A stretch of 64,000 nucleotides of DNA, from contig JBCNUW010000002.1 of assembly GCA_039630575.1 (NCBI GenBank), forward strand, positions 76,668-140,667. Reading direction: 5' to 3'. Position 1 is the first letter of the stretch, and each line of letters begins with the position of its first letter. This stretch comes from Candidatus Hydrothermales bacterium (GTDB lineage Bacteria > Hydrothermota > Hydrothermia > Hydrothermales > JAJRUZ01). A program made the position numbers and the translations under genes. The notes beneath the pieces were generated by a model. That model was not told where the DNA came from. It did no database searches and was given only the letters and a program-made list of their open reading frames with translations. Positions 51,187 to 61,221 of the stretch are shown piece after piece.

Positions 51187-52176
51187 TTAATATATAAAAT
51201 TTAAAGAAAGTCTATGAACAAAAGGTAATATACCCATATCATTGAAAGAATAACTCAATTTTAAAGCTCCAAATTTAATTTTTGTATTAAGACCAAAACC
51301 TAAGGAAAATCCACCTTCATCAAACTTCTCCTCTATCACTCTTTCACCAATTAAAAGGAAATATCCTGTCGAAAAATAAAAATTATTGAAATCAAACTTT
51401 ATACCACAATGAAAACTTTCATTATAATCTGTTGGATGCAAAAGTTCAAAGGTGCTTGTTATTTTTAAAAACTTTGAAGTATAGGGATCAACGGCTAGAC
51501 CTAACCTGAAAGTCGTGGGCAAAGGATAACTTGTATAAAACCTTTTATACTCATTCATCTGACCACCTTCATATAAATACTGAATATACTCACCAGAAGG
51601 CTTTAAGTCTGGCCCCAAATTTACAAAAGCCATTCCTAACCTGATTGTATAAAGTCCTGTATTGAAAACTGTTCCAGCATCAAAGGCTACACCCCTTGTT
51701 TTTGAGATTGAACCATAATTTTCTCCCACATACTTTATAGAAACTCCTGAAGCAAATCTATCTGTGAAATATCTTGAATAATTTAAACCAACCTGATAAG
51801 CATTGTAATTAAAAGTTTTACCCGTGGGACCCTCGACTGTCCACTCCTCCATATCTCCAGAGAAAAACCCTGAAACAAAGAATCCAAAATTCCCGTAAAA
51901 TCCCTGACTTTTAACAATTGAGATATAAGGAACTCTTGCATCTTCAAACCACATTGTATAACCTGTATATAACTCTAAACCCTTAACATCTGCTGTTCCT
52001 GAAGGATTCCAAAATACACTTGAAGCACCACTTGAAATAGCAGTATAGGCACCGCCCATTCCCATAGCCTCAGGAAGAAGAGGTATTGATAAAAAATCTG
52101 CTCCTACATTGCCCACCTTTTGCTGAGCATAAATAATCGTTAGTAAGGAAATAAATACTAATAAAAATTTTTTCAT
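51187..52176 (-). CDS. PorV/PorQ (LptO)-like outer-membrane beta-barrel, T9SS-associated
   Basis: Signal peptide, then GADFLSIPLLPEAMGMGGAYTAISSGASSVFWNPSG, resembling the PorV/PorQ N-terminal FL.I..ARA.AMGGA....WNPAG signature. Ends in an aromatic residue. About 330 aa. Confidence 0.5.
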   Translation of the reverse strand: MKKFLLVFISLLTIIYAQQKVGNVGADFLSIPLLPEAMGMGGAYTAISSGASSVFWNPSGTADVKGLELYTGYTMWFEDARVPYISIVKSQGFYGNFGFFVSGFFSGDMEEWTVEGPTGKTFNYNAYQVGLNYSRYFTDRFASGVSIKYVGENYGSISKTRGVAFDAGTVFNTGLYTIRLGMAFVNLGPDLKPSGEYIQYLYEGGQMNEYKRFYTSYPLPTTFRLGLAVDPYTSKFLKITSTFELLHPTDYNESFHCGIKFDFNNFYFSTGYFLLIGERVIEEKFDEGGFSLGFGLNTKIKFGALKLSYSFNDMGILPFVHRLSLNFIY

Positions 52177-52190
52177 TTAAAACCTCCCTT

Positions 52191-54299
52191 TTAGTCAAGT
52201 ATTACAAATTTTCCTATCTTTGTCTTACCCTCAGGTGTCTCAATCTTGTAATAATAAAATCCAGAAGATACTTTAACATTATTTTCATTTAGAAGATCCC
52301 AAGATTCAGTTCCTGTCAAATTGTTATGGTTTAAAAGCTTCACAAGCTTTCCACTTGCTGTGAATATATAAATCTTACATATTGGAGGAAGATTCTGAAA
52401 TTCAATCTTGCTGTAAAGTTCTGTTGCTGACCATTTTGCTGAACCTACGAAAGGATTTGGAACTACCTTAACATTCGAAAGATCACCCTCTTCAGCAGGC
52501 TCAGTTGTAATATAAAGAGGTATAGCACTACCATCCGGCCCTTTTTTGTAGTTTGTCTTTGGAGATTCAAGAGAATCCACATCCATAGCAGTTACAACAT
52601 AAAAGTAAGGAAAACCAACTTGAGCTGTTGTATCAACAAATGTGTGAGAAATATTTCCAAATAGATCTCTCTTAACCTCTGCTAAAAGTGTAAATCCCCT
52701 GGGTTCAAATACACTTCTATATACTCTATAAAGCAGAAAATCTGGTATGCCTTTTAATGGATCTACATAAACCTCTGCAGAGTTGTCCCATACAAGCAAA
52801 ACGCCCTTTTTGGTAAGCTGATACTTAAGGAGAGGAGTAGGAGGTGGTATTGGAATTTTCCAATGATCATCCTTTGCAGGGTCAAGTTTTGGTGGAGTAG
52901 GATGAGCAGGATCACCGGGATTCCCAGCATAATATGCTCTATAAGCCCATTCAAGAGTGTGTCTTGCACCCCTTAAAAAGCCTCTTCCCCAATAGTCGTC
53001 CATACCACCATTCAATCCTTGACCCACTCCAGCAATCCAAACAAATTTCAGTGTATCTCCACTTTTCAAAGTATAGGGTCCTACGGTATTTAAGAATCTG
53101 TAATCAAATTCCGCAGCATTAAGATCATTTGGATGTGGAGCATATCTATAATTCTGTGTAGCAGGGTGTTTACCCTTCATATATCTATACCTATCAAGAT
53201 CTGTTCCAGGGTCAGATTCCCAGTTCCACCACTGATGGGAAAAAGGTCTAATTATTCTACAGGTATCACCATTTTCTACCCATATAGAATCTGAAGGTGC
53301 TGGAGGCGCATAAATAAAAGCGCCAAAGTTGTAACCTGCAGACCTACCTCCTTCTTCACCAGTATCATCTCCAGGGACTGCAGGATCATCTGCATCGTAA
53401 ATATAACTCATGCCATAAGGAATCAGATAACCCGAAACTGTATCATAAGTTCCATCAGGCTTTTTTACTGGTATTTTTGAAACACAAGTTGTAAAATTAA
53501 CATGCTCCATTTCGTGATCACCCCAAATAAAGTAATCATCAGGTATCCCATCTGAAAATTCTATATAACCATCCTCTTGTCCATAAAAGCTTACCTTATC
53601 CACATTAGGTGGGAATCTAAAATTAGGACTCCACTCATTTGCTGTCCATCCCGAAAAGTGTACAAGATCATCTATATGAGGCTCACTTGCATCTGCTCCA
53701 GAAACATCACAATCATACCACATACCAACAAAGAATGAATCAAGTTGATCACCTATTCCTGGAATATCAGATGAGTCCTTATCAAAAGTTATATACATCT
53801 CATACGCGATAAAATCATTGTAAGGATCATTAGGCCAAGTTAATACTCTCCATAATACTTTTACCCCAAGATGTCTACCAGGACTGTTTCTTGGATTTGA
53901 TTTGGCATCATTATAGACAACAACAATATCAAAAACTGACTTTCCAGGACCAAGATAGTCTTTAAAGTTTATCTGTGAATTCCATTCATTTGCTGTATAA
54001 TCAGACTGAGTAACATAATATTCTCCCCTAACTTTTGCTCCAACCAAGAAGTAAGCAAGCCAAAGGTAATAATTATTTACAGCTGCACCACCTGGCCAAG
54101 TAAAACCCCAAAGATTAGCTGCAGCTTCCCCACCTAAAAATCCATAATTACTCATCCAGTTCCAAGCCTCAGGAATTGTCTGGTTATATATGGCCCTCGG
54201 ACCCTTAAATATTGTGATATCTTTTCTTTCAGGAGCAAGCTTATGAAAAGAAAAAAGGTTAAAAGATAAAAGTATTGTAAAAATGAAGAACTTCTTCAT
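52191..54299 (-). CDS. Secreted protein (702 aa) with FN3-like segment and T9SS C-terminal sorting domain
   Basis: Signal peptide. C-terminus VVPNPFVG...KIYIFTASGKLVKLL...SGFYYYKIETPEGKTKIGKFVILD is a canonical Por_Secre_tail. GGGAGG RBS. Confidence 0.65.
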   Translation of the reverse strand: MKKFFIFTILLSFNLFSFHKLAPERKDITIFKGPRAIYNQTIPEAWNWMSNYGFLGGEAAANLWGFTWPGGAAVNNYYLWLAYFLVGAKVRGEYYVTQSDYTANEWNSQINFKDYLGPGKSVFDIVVVYNDAKSNPRNSPGRHLGVKVLWRVLTWPNDPYNDFIAYEMYITFDKDSSDIPGIGDQLDSFFVGMWYDCDVSGADASEPHIDDLVHFSGWTANEWSPNFRFPPNVDKVSFYGQEDGYIEFSDGIPDDYFIWGDHEMEHVNFTTCVSKIPVKKPDGTYDTVSGYLIPYGMSYIYDADDPAVPGDDTGEEGGRSAGYNFGAFIYAPPAPSDSIWVENGDTCRIIRPFSHQWWNWESDPGTDLDRYRYMKGKHPATQNYRYAPHPNDLNAAEFDYRFLNTVGPYTLKSGDTLKFVWIAGVGQGLNGGMDDYWGRGFLRGARHTLEWAYRAYYAGNPGDPAHPTPPKLDPAKDDHWKIPIPPPTPLLKYQLTKKGVLLVWDNSAEVYVDPLKGIPDFLLYRVYRSVFEPRGFTLLAEVKRDLFGNISHTFVDTTAQVGFPYFYVVTAMDVDSLESPKTNYKKGPDGSAIPLYITTEPAEEGDLSNVKVVPNPFVGSAKWSATELYSKIEFQNLPPICKIYIFTASGKLVKLLNHNNLTGTESWDLLNENNVKVSSGFYYYKIETPEGKTKIGKFVILD

Positions 54300-54314
54300 C
54301 TTTTACCTCCTTTT

Positions 54315-57300
54315 TTAAAATCCACCAATTTGAACATAGAAACCTATTCTTGTCTGTCTCCTTGCAGACCATACACCAATGTTTTTGACCTCACCCTCAG
54401 GATCACCAAACTGATCGTACCAATTTTCATCTTCGATGCTAACTAAGTTTCTATAGTTAAATATGTTATAAATATCCACGAAAAGTTGTAAGTTTCCTTT
54501 ACCTCTTAGTAAAGGAAAGTTCTTATAAATTCTTAAGTCAGCATCTTTTGTAGATGGAAGTCTCCTTGCATTTATTAGTTCAATAGCATCCCTCTCTGAC
54601 CTAATAGGAGGTGTCCATGGATAACCTGAACCGTAACTGTATTGAAGTGAAATACCATAGTCAGAAAGCCTTAAAAACTTCCTATTCTTTGGAACTATCC
54701 AGGAAATAACTGCATTTATAGTATGGGTCTGATCCCAATCAAGAGGAGATTCCCTTGGAGGAAGAGGATAACCTAGCCACTGCCAATAATAACCTAAATA
54801 TGGAGAAGAGAAGGAACCTCTTGCCACCTGGAATGTATAGTTTATATTAAGTGAAAGATAGGGTATAAAGGTTCCAGCAGGTCTTTTAATTATCTCTATT
54901 TCAATTCCCCTTGAAGAACCATAGTCCTCATTATAAAAAGTTGTAACATTAGTTAAAGGATCTACTTTATAAAACTTTGTTCTTGCCCAATTCTGGATAT
55001 CCTTGTAGAATGCAGTAACATCTACAATAAATTCAGGCGTGAATCCATGCTTAACCCCAAGTTCATAAGAAACTGTTTTTTCTGGCTTAAGTTTTGGATT
55101 ACCAATTATGGGGAAAGCACCTGTTACTACGTAATTAAAGTTTGTCTGATTATATGATGGAATCTGATAATAGTGCCCATAGGTAAAATGCAAAACATCC
55201 CTTTCAGTAATAGGATGAGATACACCAATTCTTGGAGAAACAATCCAGTAAGGCTTTGTATTCTCAGCTACTGAAAAGTATTTAACACCATACACAGGAT
55301 CAACTACAAAGGCATCCTGTGGTCTTGTCTCAAGAATAGGTGAATAATAACCATCATTATCTATATAATCAAACCTTACACCAACTCTTGCGTACATTCC
55401 TTCCATTTCAATTTTATCTCTCAAAAAGAAGGCAAACTGATAAGGCTTTACCTTATGAGCATTCAACCAATCAACAAAGGTATAAGTAGTATCAAAAGAT
55501 CTCCTTGAAAGTGGAGGATTAACCATCTGAAGATAAATATTTCCTCCTGAGGCAAAATCAACATCATAGACCATAAGGTTAATCCTCTTAAACTCAGCTC
55601 CCATCAGAATCTCATGTCCAGGAGCAGTTTTAGTTTTCTTTGTGAGCTGAGCTGTCATCTTCCAAGATAGGGTAAAGTGATTGTTTCTTAAATAACCCCA
55701 TTGATCCCTCTCAAAATTATGGGGATAAGGTAAATAAAGGTTACCAACAGATAAAATTGTCCTTCTTATTTGTGAACCTGGTGGTAGAAAACTCATTCTT
55801 TGAGTTTCAAAAAATCTCCAATCTAGCTGTAAAGGATAAGGATAGTATACTCCTTGCATATCTACAAAAGTATCTATACTTCCATCTGGAAGTACCACTT
55901 CAATTACATCAAAATCTTGAACAAAACTCTGACCCCATCCGTATCTGTTTAGGGGGGCATTCATATCTGTTGGCCACCATTGAGGATGTGCTGCACTCTG
56001 TCCAGGATAAAAACCATAGACAAAATCTTCCCACCAGAAGAACGGAAGTTCTACATAACCTTCTTTCTCATTAACATTAAAATTCTCCCTCTTTAAATTT
56101 GTCATCTTTGCTATAGAGTCAATTCCATACCAATAATTAGGATCTATAACCCATGTACCTCTAACAGGGTCATAATAAACTCTCTTAAAGTAATCGATAT
56201 CTATTTCAGCGAATCCATCAAGATCTCTATCATCAAAATCGTCTACACCATCTTTATCCATATCTTCAAATATATTTCTCTTTTGAGACCTCTGGAAAAA
56301 CCCAAAGTTTATCTCGTTCATATATTTCTGAGCTACAAGCCAGTTTATACCACCAGAGAAACTCGTCAAATACCTATGAAACTCAAAACTTAAATCAGGT
56401 AATAGTCTAAATTGAGGATCATAAACTCCAAATCTTTCAAACCTGTAAAAACCTGTAAAATAAAGAAGAAGATAAAGTGAAGGTCTTACATCCAATCTCC
56501 ATGAAAGACCGTAGTTTTTTATCCTCTTTTTCTCATCAGCATAAACTGGAAATCTTCCCTTGTGAGTAATGTAATCACCACTTATCAGAAAGCTTGCAGC
56601 CTCTCTCCTCATAAAGGGAATGGGACCAGATAGAGAAAATTCATTTAATATTTCATCCCTTCTGTGTCTTTTTCCTTTAGTAGTTCCCATATCCTTATTT
56701 ATACCAAGCAGGAAATCCCTGATATAGTCTCCCCTTTCTACATTAAAGAAACTATTAATACCTTCTCCGAGAAAACTTAAATTCGTTGTTGAAAATCTAT
56801 ATTCTGAACTGTATTTATCCCCTCCACCTTTTGTAACAACATTTATCATACCTCCTGCAGCACTTCCTTGATCAACGTCAAATCCACCAGTTGAAACACC
56901 TGCTTCCTCCATTGCAAGAAGTGGTATTCCAGGAGCTGTAAAGGCTGTAAATGGATCCCTTACCTCAACACCATTTACAACATAAACAACCTCATCAGGT
57001 CTTGATCCCCTTATGTGCAACCCTCCCCTTTCCACAACACCCACAGAAATCTCAACAACACCTTGAATACTCATTACAGGAATGTTAGCCACTTCCTCTT
57101 TCTTCATAATTTTTCTTGATTCTGGAAGATCAGCTCTTATTAGCTCTTCTTTTGCCTCTACAACAATAGGTGGAACCTCAACAGTAGTTGGTTTTAAGGC
57201 AACATTCACCTCAACAGTTCTATCGGCTTCTACAGCAACACCTTTTATAATACTCGGCTGATATCCCGCATAGGTCACTTCAATATCATATTTACCAGGT

Positions 57301-57503
57301 GGAACTTTTAAGATGACAAAATATCCTTGGTCATCAGTATATGTTCCCATTTGGGTTCCAACTATTTTTACGATTGCGAAGGGGAGACCCTCTCCGGTCG
57401 TTGCATCAGTGACACGACCGGAAATTTTTCCTGTAGTTCCTGCCCACAGGATACTTACTAAAAATCCTGCAAGCAGGAAACTGCACATTATTTTTAACCT
57501 CAT
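54315..57503 (-). CDS. SusC/RagA-like TonB-dependent outer-membrane receptor (carboxypeptidase-regulatory-like N-domain + plug + 22-strand barrel)
   Basis: GKISGRVTDATTGEGLPFAIVKIVGT...GYFVIL (CarbopepD_reg-like). Plug region IQGVVEISVGVV...GVEVRDPFTAF. 1062 aa. Terminal ...YVQIGGF. GGAGGG RBS. Confidence 0.7.
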   Translation of the reverse strand: MRLKIMCSFLLAGFLVSILWAGTTGKISGRVTDATTGEGLPFAIVKIVGTQMGTYTDDQGYFVILKVPPGKYDIEVTYAGYQPSIIKGVAVEADRTVEVNVALKPTTVEVPPIVVEAKEELIRADLPESRKIMKKEEVANIPVMSIQGVVEISVGVVERGGLHIRGSRPDEVVYVVNGVEVRDPFTAFTAPGIPLLAMEEAGVSTGGFDVDQGSAAGGMINVVTKGGGDKYSSEYRFSTTNLSFLGEGINSFFNVERGDYIRDFLLGINKDMGTTKGKRHRRDEILNEFSLSGPIPFMRREAASFLISGDYITHKGRFPVYADEKKRIKNYGLSWRLDVRPSLYLLLYFTGFYRFERFGVYDPQFRLLPDLSFEFHRYLTSFSGGINWLVAQKYMNEINFGFFQRSQKRNIFEDMDKDGVDDFDDRDLDGFAEIDIDYFKRVYYDPVRGTWVIDPNYWYGIDSIAKMTNLKRENFNVNEKEGYVELPFFWWEDFVYGFYPGQSAAHPQWWPTDMNAPLNRYGWGQSFVQDFDVIEVVLPDGSIDTFVDMQGVYYPYPLQLDWRFFETQRMSFLPPGSQIRRTILSVGNLYLPYPHNFERDQWGYLRNNHFTLSWKMTAQLTKKTKTAPGHEILMGAEFKRINLMVYDVDFASGGNIYLQMVNPPLSRRSFDTTYTFVDWLNAHKVKPYQFAFFLRDKIEMEGMYARVGVRFDYIDNDGYYSPILETRPQDAFVVDPVYGVKYFSVAENTKPYWIVSPRIGVSHPITERDVLHFTYGHYYQIPSYNQTNFNYVVTGAFPIIGNPKLKPEKTVSYELGVKHGFTPEFIVDVTAFYKDIQNWARTKFYKVDPLTNVTTFYNEDYGSSRGIEIEIIKRPAGTFIPYLSLNINYTFQVARGSFSSPYLGYYWQWLGYPLPPRESPLDWDQTHTINAVISWIVPKNRKFLRLSDYGISLQYSYGSGYPWTPPIRSERDAIELINARRLPSTKDADLRIYKNFPLLRGKGNLQLFVDIYNIFNYRNLVSIEDENWYDQFGDPEGEVKNIGVWSARRQTRIGFYVQIGGF

Positions 57504-57520
57504 ATAAACCCTCCTTGCTC

Positions 57521-58129
57521 TTATTTTGTTAATCTAAATATAAAAGGAATAACAACCCTAACTGAAACTGGTATACCTGCCTGTTTGGCAGGTTTAAATA
57601 AACATTGAAGGGCAGCCCTTTCTACAGGCTCCCTAAATATTTCATTATCAACAAAAATCTTTTCTATTTTAACAACCCTACCATCTGGTCCAACTATCAC
57701 AAGAACCTTTGCAGTTCCCTGTATCCCTAACTTTCTTGCAACCTCAGGATACTCTGGCTCAACCTTTTTTATCAATACAGGCTTTTCTTCAACCTCAAAC
57801 TCATTAAATACTTGACCTGGCTCTGGTAAAGGTATATCAATTTCTACATCACCTGCTGTACCCTCTTGTATCGTTTCCTGAACATTTTCTTCCTCTTCCT
57901 CCTCTGCCTCCTCAATTTCTACAGGCAATTTAGGCTTTGGTGGTGGTTGAGGAAGCTGAATCTCCTCGAGCTTTTCTTGAATATTTTCCATAAGTATGTC
58001 TCTTTGCCCTCTTGATACATAAGGATTTACACTGACCTTCACCCCTAAAAACAATACTATAAAAAGAATAAAGGTCAGTGAAAGAGCTATTTGGGTAATA
58101 AGATCCCCTTTTTCTCTTGGATCAAACAT
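57521..58129 (-). CDS. tonB: Energy transducer TonB
   Basis: N-terminal TM. Pro/Glu-rich linker PQPPPKPKLPVEIEEAEEEEEE. C-terminal TonB domain EPEYPEVARKLGIQGTAKVLVIVGPDGRV. Confidence 0.75.
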   Translation of the reverse strand: MFDPREKGDLITQIALSLTFILFIVLFLGVKVSVNPYVSRGQRDILMENIQEKLEEIQLPQPPPKPKLPVEIEEAEEEEEENVQETIQEGTAGDVEIDIPLPEPGQVFNEFEVEEKPVLIKKVEPEYPEVARKLGIQGTAKVLVIVGPDGRVVKIEKIFVDNEIFREPVERAALQCLFKPAKQAGIPVSVRVVIPFIFRLTK

Positions 58130-58172
58130 AATTTATTTTAGGAAATTAAATTGTTATTTTTCAACAAAAAAA

Positions 58173-58586
58173 TCATTTTTTTTCAAAATCAGTTCTGAAA
58201 CTTATTCTCAAAGCTTTTGCCTCTCTTAAAGACTCAGTTACCATATTTACATATTTATATTTAACCCTTTTATCTGCCATTATCATTGTTAAAAGCTGAG
58301 GATCTTCAAACATGAGCCTTCTAAATTCCTTTTCTATATAACTTGTATCTACTGGTAAATCATGAACAAAAATATCACCATTGGAAGATATCCATATGTA
58401 AGCTAAATGTTTATGCTTCTTTATCCTTTGCGTTTGTTCAGCCTGAGGAAACTGAATAACCTTAAGTCCCCTTTCTTTCCTAAAAACAGTTGTTAACATA
58501 AAAAATATTATAAGAAGAAAGGCTATATCAGCCATTGAAGCAGTAGGTATAACTACCTTCGGCTTAGCTATTTTCTCTATTTTCAT
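58173..58586 (-). CDS. exbD: Biopolymer transport protein ExbD/TolR
   Basis: ADIAFLLIIFFMLTTVF TM, then periplasmic domain. 137 aa. Confidence 0.75.
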   Translation of the reverse strand: MKIEKIAKPKVVIPTASMADIAFLLIIFFMLTTVFRKERGLKVIQFPQAEQTQRIKKHKHLAYIWISSNGDIFVHDLPVDTSYIEKEFRRLMFEDPQLLTMIMADKRVKYKYVNMVTESLREAKALRISFRTDFEKK

Positions 58587-59089
58587 ATTTCCTCCCCTAT
58601 TCCTTTAATTGAAATCTTTCTCGGTATTTTCTCATCATCGTCCAAAATACCATTTCTATTTTTATCAAGAAGACCCCTTTTCCACATTATTGAATCAACT
58701 TCTTCATAGGAGAGCAAAACTTCATCAAATACATCTATCATAATATTATAAACTGAATTGACATTTGTTTTAATAAAGATAACTATTTTATCTGGATTGT
58801 TAAGTATTTCATTTTTAATCTTCTCTCTTAACATGCTAAAGGGAGTTTCAGTGAGTTCTTCCTTAAAGAAAATTTTCCCCTCAGGATTTATAAATATAGA
58901 TAAGAGATTTTCCTTTTTAATTTTTATTACCCTTTCCTCTGACTTTTCTGGCAAAATAATCTTTAAACCTCTATCTCTTGAAAATATAGTGGTGACCATA
59001 AAGAATATGATAAGTAAAAAGGCTATGTCAGCCATTGAGGCAGTTGGTATCTCTGCCTCGTACTTAAATCTACCCTTAAAAAGTGACAT
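58583..59089 (-). CDS. exbD: Biopolymer transport protein ExbD/TolR (second copy)
   Basis: ADIAFLLIIFFMVTTIF. 168 aa. Confidence 0.75.
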   Translation of the reverse strand: MSLFKGRFKYEAEIPTASMADIAFLLIIFFMVTTIFSRDRGLKIILPEKSEERVIKIKKENLLSIFINPEGKIFFKEELTETPFSMLREKIKNEILNNPDKIVIFIKTNVNSVYNIMIDVFDEVLLSYEEVDSIMWKRGLLDKNRNGILDDDEKIPRKISIKGIGEEI

Positions 59090-59093
59090 AATT

Positions 59094-59759
59094 TTATTTT
59101 ACTTTAGTTTCAAGAACATATTCAATTAAAGTGTTTGCTGCTTCCTCCATTTCTCTTGAAAAAGCATTAATCCTTGAGGAAAAAAAGGTGTGAAAAATTG
59201 CAACTGGTGCTGCTATTAAAAGACCTGTAGCAGTTGTAATTAGAGCTTCAGAAATTCCTGCAGCTACAAGAGTTGGCTCAACTTCTCCAGCCGCTGCTAC
59301 TGCTTGAAAGGCTCTAATCATACCTGTTACTGTTCCTAAAAATCCTAAAATAGGAGCTATAGTTGTAAAGGAAGCAAGCCAAAGCATACCCCTATCAAGG
59401 AAAGCAAGCTCAGTTGTTGCTCTCCTTGCAACATTTTCTTCTATTATTTCCTTAGAATTTCCTGCTTTCTCAAGAACAGCCTGACAGATTTTTGAAACAA
59501 CAGAAGTATTCCTTGAGCAATAGTCCATTGCTTCCGACAAACCACTAGTTTCAATCAAATCAATAACATCAACAACAAATCTTCTTGGATTTGTTCTTAA
59601 CCTAAAAAGAGTATAAAACCTTTCAATAATTATCACAACAGATAATATAGCAACAAGCAGTAAAAGCCACATTACTCCTCCACCCTTATGGAAATAGTCT
59701 ACAAGACTTTCTATTACTCCTTGCTGGCCTATTATTAAAGTTGTTAAAATTCCACTCAT
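59094..59759 (-). CDS. exbB: MotA/TolQ/ExbB proton channel protein
   Basis: Three TM segments with the conserved C-terminal TM2/TM3 region ...APILGFLGTVTGMIRAF... Confidence 0.8.
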   Translation of the reverse strand: MSGILTTLIIGQQGVIESLVDYFHKGGGVMWLLLLVAILSVVIIIERFYTLFRLRTNPRRFVVDVIDLIETSGLSEAMDYCSRNTSVVSKICQAVLEKAGNSKEIIEENVARRATTELAFLDRGMLWLASFTTIAPILGFLGTVTGMIRAFQAVAAAGEVEPTLVAAGISEALITTATGLLIAAPVAIFHTFFSSRINAFSREMEEAANTLIEYVLETKVK

Positions 59760-59805
59760 TTTAATTTAAATTGTTTTTGTGGAATTGAACCCTTTACAGA
59801 GTCTA

Positions 59806-60156
59806 TCATCTCGAAACCCAATAAAGATAGATGGATGTTGCTAAAAATGAAAAAAGAGACCCTAATAAAAAAAACAAATTCTCAAAAAAACTAAGCTGAA
59901 AAGAATTCAAAATAATTTCAAAAAGTTCAAAACCAGCTACCTTTAATCTTGGATAAACAAAAACAATTTTATAAAAATGAATTATAGAAGCAAGAAGAAG
60001 AAAAAAAGCCCCGATTAACGGAAAAACAGTAAGAAATTTTGGTTTTCTCAAAAGCATTAGCATTCTTGAAAGTATACCAGAAAAATAAAAAAGTGAAAAA
60101 ACAAATAAAAGAGTCCCAATAAAAAATAGAATTTCTGCCCTTATATCAAATTTCAT
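59806..60156 (-). CDS. Small polytopic membrane protein (116 aa)
   Basis: About 4 hydrophobic segments. Co-directional with and downstream of ftsE. Confidence 0.4.
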   Translation of the reverse strand: MKFDIRAEILFFIGTLLFVFSLFYFSGILSRMLMLLRKPKFLTVFPLIGAFFLLLASIIHFYKIVFVYPRLKVAGFELFEIILNSFQLSFFENLFFLLGSLFSFLATSIYLYWVSR

Positions 60157-60500
60157 CTTTTAAATCCTCCTTTTACCACATTTAGAAAACTCCTTAAACT
60201 TATAAAGGTTAAAAGCGAACCAATAAAAAATAAACCATAACAAATTAAGCTCTCAAGTGGAGTCAATTTCACTTTACCCTGAAAAGCTGAATAAAGGGAA
60301 AATATTCCGTAAAGAAAAAGACCAGTTGGAGCTATCATTATGAAAAACCAACCAGTTTTAAGTTTTAAAACCTTTTCAAATCTCCTTGCAATTATTCCGG
60401 TAAACACAAAGGAAACCCAAAGTAAGAATATAGCAAAAAGTAATATATAATTTGAAAATCTTATATATAAAAACTCTTGCTGAGGTGTTAAATCAAACAT
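60153..60500 (-). CDS. Small polytopic membrane protein (115 aa)
   Basis: 3-4 hydrophobic segments. Immediately downstream of ftsE, where ftsX would be expected. Confidence 0.4.
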   Translation of the reverse strand: MFDLTPQQEFLYIRFSNYILLFAIFLLWVSFVFTGIIARRFEKVLKLKTGWFFIMIAPTGLFLYGIFSLYSAFQGKVKLTPLESLICYGLFFIGSLLTFISLRSFLNVVKGGFKR

Positions 60501-60543
60501 AACTTATTTTAACAAATTTTTAACAGAAATTTCAAATAAAAAA

Positions 60544-61221
60544 TCATCTTTCTTCCCTTTTTATTTTTCCAAACTCCATATGAATTATCCTCTTTACTTT
60601 AATTTTCTCAATCAAAGAGTAATTATGAGTAGCCATTAGGATTGTAGTCCCCTTTGAATGAATTTCTTGGAGATGGTACATTATTTCCTCCTGAGCACCT
60701 GGATCTATGTTTCCAGTTGGTTCATCAGCTATAAGTATTACCGGCTCCCTTATAAGAGCTCTTGCTATTGCTAACTTTTGCTTTTCACCTCCAGAAAGTT
60801 CATATACGCTCTTTTCAGCTTTTGAAAGCATTCCAAGATTATATAGTATACTTAAAGCTTTTTCCCTTGCCTTTCTTGAGGTTTCACCTGTTGCCTCAAG
60901 GGCAAGTGATACGTTTGAAAGGGCATTCCTATCAGATAAAAGCTTAAAGTCCTGAAAAATTATACCTATTCTTCTTCTCAAAAAATTTATTTCATTTCTT
61001 TTAATATATCTTGAAGAAAAGTTAAGAACCCTCACTTCACCCTCATCAGGAAACTCAGCCATGTAAATATGTCTTAAAAGTGTTGTTTTCCCAGCACCTG
61101 TTGGACCAACAATAAAAACAAATTCTCCCTTTTTTATCTCCAAATTCACATCATGAAGTGCCCTAAATCTTCCCTCGTAAACCTTTGAAACCTTTATACA
61201 CTGCACTACCACATCCATCAC
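60544..61221 (-). CDS. ftsE: Cell-division ABC transporter ATP-binding protein FtsE
   Basis: GPTGAGKTTLL, FLRRRIGIIFQDFKLL, LSGGEKQKLAIARAL, ILIADEPTGNID, MATHN. 225 aa. Confidence 0.8.
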   Translation of the reverse strand: MMDVVVQCIKVSKVYEGRFRALHDVNLEIKKGEFVFIVGPTGAGKTTLLRHIYMAEFPDEGEVRVLNFSSRYIKRNEINFLRRRIGIIFQDFKLLSDRNALSNVSLALEATGETSRKAREKALSILYNLGMLSKAEKSVYELSGGEKQKLAIARALIREPVILIADEPTGNIDPGAQEEIMYHLQEIHSKGTTILMATHNYSLIEKIKVKRIIHMEFGKIKREER

